Of a stretch of DNA of 64,000 nucleotides, positions 57,351-64,000 are shown in pieces (the first letter of the stretch is position 1; each line of letters starts with the position of its first letter). The notes beneath the pieces were generated by a model, which saw only the letters and a program-made list of their open reading frames with translations, was not told the origin of the DNA and searched no databases. The stretch spans positions 77,325-141,324 of the forward strand of contig JACOUC010000035.1 in assembly GCA_016178055.1 (NCBI GenBank), read 5' to 3'. The stretch comes from Chlamydiota bacterium (GTDB lineage Bacteria; Auribacterota; JACPWU01). Position numbers and translations under genes: made by a program.

Positions 57351-57658
57351 ATCACGGCATCCTTCATGACTGCTCTCTTAAACCGCGGAGAGGCCTCTTT
57401 CAAATTCACAACATCCACTTTGTAAGGAATCGTTGACTCTTCAATTTTCTCCCTCAGAAGAAAAATCTTTATCTCCTGCTTCCCCTTTGGAATAATCCCA
57501 ATATCCACATCCGAAGTTGCGTGATGTGTTCCTCTTGCTCGTGAGCCATATAGAACAACCTTGGCATCCTCCCCTTTGAAAAAATCAGTGACCATCTCTC
57601 TGAGACGAACCAGATATTTGTCTTCCTTTAAACTCATAGTCTCTCCCTCTGAAGACAC
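57338..57658 (-). CDS. Minimal nucleotidyltransferase (HI0073-like).
   Basis: VVLYGSRARGTHHATSDVDIGII. Confidence 0.75.
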   Translation of the reverse strand: MSSEGETMSLKEDKYLVRLREMVTDFFKGEDAKVVLYGSRARGTHHATSDVDIGIIPKGKQEIKIFLLREKIEESTIPYKVDVVNLKEASPRFKRAVMKDAVIWKN

Positions 57659-57828
57659 AGAGCTCCGCCCTTTCAGTCACATCTTTTTTCCTGAATGTGA
57701 CCTAGCATTTTTTTCAACGTTTTATCTTGTGCTTCCAAAAATTCCTAATGCTATTGCGAAGGAGACATTTTAAGTTTTACATTGTCCGACAAGATTTTTG
57801 ATGTTTGATTTTTGGATTTTCATTATTT

Positions 57829-58461
57829 TCATATCATCTCAATATTTGCTTCATCAATCTCGATCGATATGGACTTCATAATGAGATCAAATGAAACCAC
57901 CAAACGACAATTTTTATCCTTTCTCACCACAAAACCTTCTACCCCTTTAAAGGGACCCGACTTCACTCGAACAGGCTCTCCAACTTTTAAATAGGGAAAG
58001 GGGTCGATTCGAATCTCCTCTTCAACAAATTTTTGAATCGCCAAAATCTCTGCCTCAGGAACTTGAACAGCAATCTCATCTCTATCTCCAACAAAACGAA
58101 CAGCTCCTTTGGTATTTAAAATTTTATCGCGATTGATAAAAGGAAAGTGAACAAAAATGTAACTTCTAAATAGAGGTTCTTCAATGATGATTCTCCGATC
58201 CGACCATTGCTTTTTGATTTTGCGCAGAGGAAGAAAACATTCAATCCCCTTTTTTTGCAATTCTTGACTCAGAAATTTCTCATGACGGGACCGTGTATAA
58301 AGCGCATACCAAAAAGGGGTAAACCACATCGGGTCAAGATCCAAATCAGAAAAATTATAATCGAAAATCTCCTCGCGGGAAGATAAAACTCGAGATGAAG
58401 GGACTTCTAATACCGACCCATTAGGCAACTCTTGAAAACGTTCTTGAATCAGAGAATCCAT
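57829..58461 (-). CDS. NusG-family specialised transcription antiterminator (UpxY/RfaH-like).
   Basis: NGN domain (WYALYTRSRHE) plus a C-terminal KOW (VGEPVRVKSGPFKGVEGFVV). It is the first gene of the unidirectional locus. Confidence 0.8.
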   Translation of the reverse strand: MDSLIQERFQELPNGSVLEVPSSRVLSSREEIFDYNFSDLDLDPMWFTPFWYALYTRSRHEKFLSQELQKKGIECFLPLRKIKKQWSDRRIIIEEPLFRSYIFVHFPFINRDKILNTKGAVRFVGDRDEIAVQVPEAEILAIQKFVEEEIRIDPFPYLKVGEPVRVKSGPFKGVEGFVVRKDKNCRLVVSFDLIMKSISIEIDEANIEMI

Positions 58462-58828
58462 CTGACTCCAAACTAATTTGATTTAACCCAGAATTTGCAA
58501 TAGGCCGCGGAATTCGACGCAAGATCTTGGCCACCTTGGCCTTCAGAAAGCCTCGACAGACATCTGTCAATGTATGCCTACGTTTCCCCCTTCGGGGACC
58601 TTGTCTTCAGGCCAATCTGGCTCAAGCTCTTGCTCTTGAGTTCTCGCGTCTATTGCAAAATCTGGGTTTAGTTAAAAGCGCACCATCCAAATCAAAATCG
58701 GGACCATTTCCAAAGAGTATCAGAGTATTCTTGGTAGAATGATATGTCCAGCTTATTACTAAAAATAATCCAACGGAGTGTAACAAAAAATGAATCTCCC
58801 TTTCAAATGATTTCGAATTTTTTTATAA

Positions 58829-60040
58829 CTAAAGATACGAAAGGGCCTCGCAAGGATCTAAACGGGACGCCTTGGAGGCTGGATAAAGGCCAAAGATCAG
58901 TCCCATCCAAAGGGTAAAATGAAGGGCTGCCCCCACGGTATTCCAAGAAAATACGGCCTCCCACCTCTCAGTCCCTGGAAGCCACACATTCAAAGACCAT
59001 GCCACAGAATCTCCCACCCAAATCCCTAACAAAATTCCAATTCCGGCCCCCATAAAAGTCAAAAAGAGTGACTCAAATATAAATTGAAACAAAATATCCC
59101 ACGATGTTGCGCCCACAGCCTTGCGAAGACCAATTTCTTTCACCCGCTCTGCAACTGAAACTAAAAGAACATTCATCATCCCAATTCCCCCAATCAAAAG
59201 ACTCACAAAAGCAATGGCCCCGAGCGCCCATTGAAAAGCTCGCGTCATTCGACTTTTCTGTGAAAGAAGGGCCTCCTGATTCCAAATCTCGATATCTTGA
59301 CGATTTAAAAGACGTCGCGTTTGATCCATCACTTGTTGCGTTAAATCGGACTCCTGGGCCCGAATCCATATCCCTTGAATTTCCCGAAAATGCCCTTGAA
59401 TCTCCTGTAAAGAAGAAAGAGGCATTAAAATCTGATGATCAAAATCGACCCCGACCGTTCTGCCCTTTTTCTCCAAGACCCCAACAATTTGAAAACTTCC
59501 TTCCCAGATATGAAGAATTTGCCTTAACGGGTTCTGAGAGTGAAAAAGTTCTCTTGCCAAATCTGAACCGATAACGACTACTCTCTTCTGATTTTCCAAA
59601 TCTTGATCCGCCAAAAATCGGCCCGATGCCATTTTTAATTCCCGCACTATTTGATAAGAGGATGTCACCCCTTCCACGGTCATGGCCCGATCCACATTCT
59701 CGATTCTCATCAATAAAGCCGAACTTAAAGTTGGGGCATAAGCTGAAATCCCTTTCAATTGAGACAGGCGTTCACCCTCGGCTTCAGTCAAGGGCAAATA
59801 GTCTAAATGTCCTCCCTCTTGCAAAGTGGGACGAGCCGATACATAAATCAAATTGGCCCCCATGGACTCAACCGTTTTCATGATTTTACGCCGTGTTCCC
59901 TCCCCAATCGCCAAGGTCACCAAAAGAGCCAATATTCCAAAAACAATTCCAATAATGCTTAAAATCGACCTCAATTTATGAGACAAAAGCATTTGGCAAG
60001 AAACTTTGAAATTGTCCCTAAACATCATAAAAAATGTCAT
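58829..60040 (-). CDS. ABC transporter permease with an FtsX-like domain (MacB-type).
   Basis: N-terminal TM, a periplasmic domain, and C-terminal FtsX-like helices. Confidence 0.8.
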   Translation of the reverse strand: MTFFMMFRDNFKVSCQMLLSHKLRSILSIIGIVFGILALLVTLAIGEGTRRKIMKTVESMGANLIYVSARPTLQEGGHLDYLPLTEAEGERLSQLKGISAYAPTLSSALLMRIENVDRAMTVEGVTSSYQIVRELKMASGRFLADQDLENQKRVVVIGSDLARELFHSQNPLRQILHIWEGSFQIVGVLEKKGRTVGVDFDHQILMPLSSLQEIQGHFREIQGIWIRAQESDLTQQVMDQTRRLLNRQDIEIWNQEALLSQKSRMTRAFQWALGAIAFVSLLIGGIGMMNVLLVSVAERVKEIGLRKAVGATSWDILFQFIFESLFLTFMGAGIGILLGIWVGDSVAWSLNVWLPGTERWEAVFSWNTVGAALHFTLWMGLIFGLYPASKASRLDPCEALSYL

Positions 60041-60071
60041 GATACGGATTCCCCTGAATCATTTTATCCAC

Positions 60072-60806
60072 CTATTTTTCCATTCTTCCATCTCTTAAAT
60101 AGATCTTCCGCTCGGCCTCATGGGCAATGGAAGCATCGTGTGTCACCAGGACAAGCGTTACGCCCTTTTGATGAAAGGTCTTTAACACTTCCAAAATCTC
60201 TTTTCCCGTCTGGCTGTCCAAATTTCCAGTGGGTTCATCCGCTAAGATCAGGGAAGGAGAACTGACCAAGGCCCGCGCAATCGCAACTCTCTGGCACTCT
60301 CCTCCTGATAATTGTCTTGGAAAATGATCCTGTCGATCAAGAAGGTTCACTTTCTCCAGAGCCTCCAACGCTCTTGCCCTTCTTGTTTTGAACCCTACAT
60401 GCTGATAAATCAAGGGGAGCTCAACATTTTCTAAAGCTGAAAGAGTCGGCAACAAATGAAAGGATTGAAAAACAAAACCTATTTTCTGACTCCGAAGAGA
60501 GGCCAACTTTTTCTCTCCTAATGAAGAAATATTTTCACCTCTAAAAACAACCGCTCCTTCACTCGGACGGGCCAGAAATCCTAAAATATGAAGAAGCGTA
60601 CTTTTTCCAGATCCACTCGGCCCTAAAACAGAAATAAATTCTCCATCATAAACCTCAAGGGTAATACTTTTAAGCGCTTCCACCTTTTTCTGAGCTAGAA
60701 AAAAGGTTTTGGAAACCGCTTTTAAAGAAACCAGAACTGAACGAGGAGGTTTTTTTGAAATAGGCTTCGACAGGGTAGAAAATTCTTTTAGAATGGCTGT
60801 TTGCAT
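60072..60806 (-). CDS. ABC transporter ATP-binding protein (MacB/LolD-like).
   Basis: GPSGSGKSTLL, LSGGECQRVAIARAL and LILADEPTGNLD. Confidence 0.9.
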   Translation of the reverse strand: MQTAILKEFSTLSKPISKKPPRSVLVSLKAVSKTFFLAQKKVEALKSITLEVYDGEFISVLGPSGSGKSTLLHILGFLARPSEGAVVFRGENISSLGEKKLASLRSQKIGFVFQSFHLLPTLSALENVELPLIYQHVGFKTRRARALEALEKVNLLDRQDHFPRQLSGGECQRVAIARALVSSPSLILADEPTGNLDSQTGKEILEVLKTFHQKGVTLVLVTHDASIAHEAERKIYLRDGRMEK

Positions 60807-60887
60807 ACAATTATAATACCCCTTTTAATTCCCCTTTGAACTAAAAGGGAAGATTCTTTTCTTATAATACTTAATCTAATGAACTCC

Positions 60888-62132
60888 TTAATTTTGATTT
60901 TTGACTTTTGATATTTGATTTTCTTCACTAGGGAGCACCACTTCTTCCCCCTCTTTCAGCCCCTCAACAATCTCAATCTGTACATCATCGCTCATTCCAG
61001 TTTTAATGGGTCTAAACTCTTTTTTGCTATTCTTCAGGGTCCAAACGCCTGTCTCCTCGGCCTTACGAACCACAAACTGAATAGGTAAGGTCAGAACGTG
61101 AATTCGCTCATCCCTTAAAATTTCATAATCAGCTCCAACCCCTAGACGAACCGGGCCTTCTATTTGTTTCTCCAGAGAAAGTTGAACTGAGAATTTACGT
61201 GTATTGGCAAAGCTTTTTGCAACCAGAGAAACCTCCGTCACTTTGGCCTCCCGTCTTTCGCTCTCTCCTAAAAGCTTGACCCAGGCCGTGTCTCCCTTTT
61301 TAATTTTATGAACATCCCCCTCATAAACCTCGCTCTGAACAACCCAAGGGTCCTCAGTATTGACCAAATTGACAATTCCATCCCCCAGAGAAAGCGTATC
61401 CCCTTCCTTTTTCAAAATATCCACCACCCAAGCATCAAAAGAGGCCTTCACTTCATGTCCCTTCCATTGCTCCTTAAGATGCTTCCATTCCGATCTCATT
61501 TTATAAAGCTCGGCCTTTTTTAAGGCAATCTCTTGAGGTGAGGGCCCCTTGGAAAACGTCTCATACCTTTTAACCGCTAAAGTAGCCTCTCGCTCGGCCG
61601 TCTCAAATTTATTTTCAAACTCATCTAAACTTTTTTTAGAAATAAACCCTTTTTCATAAAGCTCTTTCTCATCGTGAAATTCCTTTTTTGTTTCCTCGGA
61701 TGACCGCTCGGCTTTTTCTAAAGCCTCTTTGGCTTCGAATAAAGAAGTATTTTCTGAAGGGGATTGAACACGTTTTAACTCCGCTTTAGCTTGTTCAATC
61801 TTTGCCTTCAGAAGCCTCATATCCTGGCTAAAACCCTCATTTTTAATTTTAAAAAGGAGTACATCTTTATGAAGCGTTTGTCCTTTTTCACAATAGACCT
61901 TTTCTAAAATGCCGGGGAAACTGGCCTTTAACGAAATCACATCCTTTGCATCCAAAATACCGACCCCACGAACCACTTGACGAATATCTCCATAGATGAC
62001 TTGTCCCTTGATTAAATCTGAGACCGGTTCATGAAAAGATTGAGAAATCCAAAATCCCGAAATGCCAAGAACACCAATGGGAAGAATCCACCACATGACT
62101 TTAACGGGTCTCATTGTCATTAGGAAAACCAC
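60888..62132 (-). CDS. Periplasmic adaptor (membrane fusion protein, HlyD/MacA-like).
   Basis: N-terminal TM, a coiled-coil region and a beta-barrel C-terminus. Confidence 0.8.
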   Translation of the reverse strand: MVFLMTMRPVKVMWWILPIGVLGISGFWISQSFHEPVSDLIKGQVIYGDIRQVVRGVGILDAKDVISLKASFPGILEKVYCEKGQTLHKDVLLFKIKNEGFSQDMRLLKAKIEQAKAELKRVQSPSENTSLFEAKEALEKAERSSEETKKEFHDEKELYEKGFISKKSLDEFENKFETAEREATLAVKRYETFSKGPSPQEIALKKAELYKMRSEWKHLKEQWKGHEVKASFDAWVVDILKKEGDTLSLGDGIVNLVNTEDPWVVQSEVYEGDVHKIKKGDTAWVKLLGESERREAKVTEVSLVAKSFANTRKFSVQLSLEKQIEGPVRLGVGADYEILRDERIHVLTLPIQFVVRKAEETGVWTLKNSKKEFRPIKTGMSDDVQIEIVEGLKEGEEVVLPSEENQISKVKNQN

Positions 62133-62213
62133 ATCACTTATTTTTAATCCAATTAGAAATGGAAGACTTTAGCTCGTTAGATTTGAGAGGAAATCATACA
62201 AATCAACCAGTCA

Positions 62214-62492
62214 TCATAAACGCCTGGAAGTTTTCTCTGAATAAAGAAAGGGTTCTTCCTCCATCCCCCTCAGTGCTTGAGAGAGGGCGAGGTTACTCCA
62301 CAAATTATTATTTTCCATTTCTGTCTTACTCTCCAAATACTCGACAAAGTCAAGTATTTCAGCTTGAAGAGGTTCGGGTAAGTGTCGAACATGTTCTGTA
62401 ATCTTCTCGCTAACAGTCATAAGCGTCCCCTTCCACAGCAATTCCAACGATCTTTCGAGATCATCGTGTGCGATGAAAGTTCTCTCCATCAT
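62214..62492 (-). CDS. DUF2281-like small protein (antitoxin-type fold?).
   Basis: HLPEPLQAEILDFVEYL motif. The upstream Mets in the ORF track run into the palindromic element, so the start is placed at MMERTF. Confidence 0.45.
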   Translation of the reverse strand: MMERTFIAHDDLERSLELLWKGTLMTVSEKITEHVRHLPEPLQAEILDFVEYLESKTEMENNNLWSNLALSQALRGMEEEPFLYSEKTSRRL

Positions 62493-62774
62493 GCTTTTTC
62501 TGTAGTCGCCCGATTTATCCCCCCACCCCATATGGATGACTGGCCTTTCCTGATGAGATTTGGTTTACTCATTATGAAGGGTTCAACCAAAAAACAGCAG
62601 CTAAAAAAAGAAAGGAACAGTCACCCATCCATTCTAATCCAGTTGTTATCTTTAGCACGTTCGTAAGCTTATGACTCGTGCATTGATCGCTAAACAATCC
62701 CGCCACCTTCGATAGATTGGGTGGGGGGATAAATCGGACAATTCATGCAACAGCCCCATAAATGGGGCGACTAC
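62492..62774. repeat. 283-bp element bounded by inverted repeats: GTAGTCGCCCGATTTATCCCCCCACCC ... GGGTGGGGGGATAAATCGG...GCCCCATAAATGGGGCGACTAC.
   Basis: Shares its terminal structure with the 56-bp core at 49823..49878. Confidence 0.5.
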
Positions 62775-62874
62775 AAAATGAGCCTCACTCCCATATCAAA
62801 GGCTATCATAAAAACAGATTCATTTCAATTCCCTGAATGATATTGCTACTCAGGTATTGGGAGTCGCTCAAAGA

Positions 62875-62908
62875 AATGAGTTTCCCAGATTTTTCTGGGA
62901 AACTCATT
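62875..62908 (-). terminator. Rho-independent terminator downstream of the FG-GAP gene.
   Basis: 15-bp perfect stem AATGAGTTTCCCAGA/TCTGGGAAACTCATT with a TTTT loop, followed on the minus strand by TTCTTTG. Confidence 0.55.
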
Positions 62909-62946
62909 GGAGCTTTTCAAAAACACTCAACTAAAGTGAGCAAGGT

Positions 62947-63966
62947 CTATTCCTCTAACTCAACAATATAGGCCGCCCCATTTGGGATATCATTTGGGTA
63001 GGTAGAAGCACCAATGATTGCCCTTGTGCCCCTTATCTCGACTGCTTCTCCAAAATATCCCTCATCAGAACCTCCGTCATAAGTATTTTCCTCTACCCAC
63101 TGACCCTCTACCAAACGATAGAGGTAAACCAATTGGGAATTAGAATTAGGGACTCCCACAAGCATCCTATTTCCACTCATCGAAATGCTTTGTCCAAAGG
63201 ATCCATCTTCTGACAACTCCTGAACAAGGCTCCATGCAGTCTCATCCCAATTATAAATATAGACTTTACCCTCAGAAAACTCTCCTATAGCAATGACGTT
63301 ACCAGAAATTCCAGTGGCATATCCACAGTTTGTGAAAGTCTTTTGAGTCTCTGGATAAACCGAAGCTGTTTGCAACCATCGCGTCGCGGTCCTCGTAAAA
63401 ATGTATGCACCTCCATAGTAGTTATTTATAAAAGGATTTCCTACAACCATCTTTTTCCCACTAAAGCAAACGTTATACCTTCCCAAACGATCACTATTGT
63501 CTGAATCATCATCTTTTGCCTTGATTTTTTGATAAGAAACCCAACTTCCATTTTTAGAGCGTTTGTACGCATAAATGGAGCCTTCATTGGTATCATAGTT
63601 GGCACTGACCATGGCCTGATCTCCATCCAAGAAAAGAGGCGCTCCATACTCTTGGTAATTGGATTGCCCCGTAACCAGTTTTTGAACATTTTTCCACTCC
63701 CCTTCCGAAATTCGTTCATAGACATAAACGGCACCTTCGTTGTAAGCCGTTGGATCCCCTTCATAGGAAATATCCTCAGCATAAGCTCCTACAAATAGGG
63801 TCGATCCGCTGACTGAGACGGAAGACCCAAAATACTGATATTGTTGCTTAACTTCAGGAGGAACCAGCTTTGTGACAAGCATCCAAGACCCATCAGCCTG
63901 TTTTTCGTAAACGTAAGCAGCTCCAACACTTAAAAGTCCATCTTGAATATCATAAGGTGCCCCCAC
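62947..63966 (-). CDS. FG-GAP repeat (integrin-alpha-like beta-propeller) protein. 3' portion only; the gene continues beyond the window end.
   Basis: Repeated FG.SVS.SG..L.VGA...GAVYVY units. Confidence 0.7.
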   Translation of the reverse strand: MGAPYDIQDGLLSVGAAYVYEKQADGSWMLVTKLVPPEVKQQYQYFGSSVSVSGSTLFVGAYAEDISYEGDPTAYNEGAVYVYERISEGEWKNVQKLVTGQSNYQEYGAPLFLDGDQAMVSANYDTNEGSIYAYKRSKNGSWVSYQKIKAKDDDSDNSDRLGRYNVCFSGKKMVVGNPFINNYYGGAYIFTRTATRWLQTASVYPETQKTFTNCGYATGISGNVIAIGEFSEGKVYIYNWDETAWSLVQELSEDGSFGQSISMSGNRMLVGVPNSNSQLVYLYRLVEGQWVEENTYDGGSDEGYFGEAVEIRGTRAIIGASTYPNDIPNGAAYIVELEE

Positions 63967-64000
63967 AACTGCATAATTCTTATCAATAGAGACTGTTGCT

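Noticed and set aside
58527-58742. A 71-aa plus-strand ORF in the leader upstream of the antiterminator gene.
   Set aside because: It has no motif, sits in a region expected to be 5' UTR and promoter, and has atypical composition. It is most likely non-coding.
271-63798. All plus-strand ORFs in the six-frame track (for example 271..561, 1014..1373, 3523..3891, 7975..8283, 25519..25932, 45272..45709, 51899..52300 and 59104..59574).
   Set aside because: Every one lies antisense to a longer minus-strand ORF with clear protein-family motifs. None has a recognisable motif of its own. Two of them (6616..6837 and 45272..45709) merely reflect the repeated MITE sequence.
1-64000. A search for tRNA, rRNA or other structured RNA genes, and for integrase or transposase genes that could explain the cassettes.
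   Set aside because: No cloverleaf-compatible or rRNA-like segments and no recombinase or transposase motifs were recognised by eye in any frame. The recombinase for the wzm cassette array, if it exists, must lie outside the window.

Overview
The window is essentially one unidirectional, minus-strand surface-glycan (O-antigen/capsule-type) biosynthesis locus of about 58 kb, with no rRNA, tRNA or CRISPR recognised. It is headed at 58461 by an UpxY/NusG-like antiterminator gene and runs down to position 1. A MacA/MacB/FtsX-type efflux system (58829..62132) and a partial FG-GAP repeat protein gene lie upstream of it.

The sugar chemistry is unusually rich. There are three KdsB/NeuA-family cytidylyltransferases. 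Two of them are paired with HpcH/HpaI class-II pyruvate aldolases, and one of those pairs also has an FAH-family hydratase. There is a canonical module of NeuB-type synthase, cytidylyltransferase and HAD phosphatase, alongside a class IV aminotransferase. The locus also carries:
- a 3-dehydroquinate-synthase-like sugar-phosphate cyclase;
- a D-2-hydroxyacid dehydrogenase and a Gfo/Idh/MocA oxidoreductase;
- many SDRs and several epimerases/dehydratases;
- two FkbM and two other SAM methyltransferases;
- a YerE/acetolactate-synthase-like ThDP enzyme;
- a pyruvate-dehydrogenase E1 alpha/beta pair;
- two B12-binding radical SAM enzymes;
- GmhA and an HldE-like kinase/nucleotidyltransferase with reversed domain order;
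- Wzm/Wzt ABC exporter genes;
- large uncharacterised GT-like proteins, two of which are paralogs.

Accessory material is embedded in the operon:
- four HEPN/nucleotidyltransferase toxin-antitoxin pairs and one VapBC pair;
- three paralogous nucleotidyltransferase-like proteins;
- two retropepsin-like proteases;
- a SWIM-SNF2 helicase;
- two YhcG/DUF1016 nuclease-family genes flanked by duplicated fragments of neighbouring genes.

The most striking sequence-level observations are:
- a 182-bp element with 19-bp terminal inverted repeats, inserted in-frame in a GT-like gene, with a truncated second copy that frameshifts an epimerase gene;
- a cassette array between wzm and wzt in which each cassette is preceded by a progressively degenerate copy of the 3' end of wzm;
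- nested palindromic repeat elements;
- a conserved ~75-bp leader element in front of two genes.

Product calls rest on recognisable motifs read from the translations. No database search was possible.
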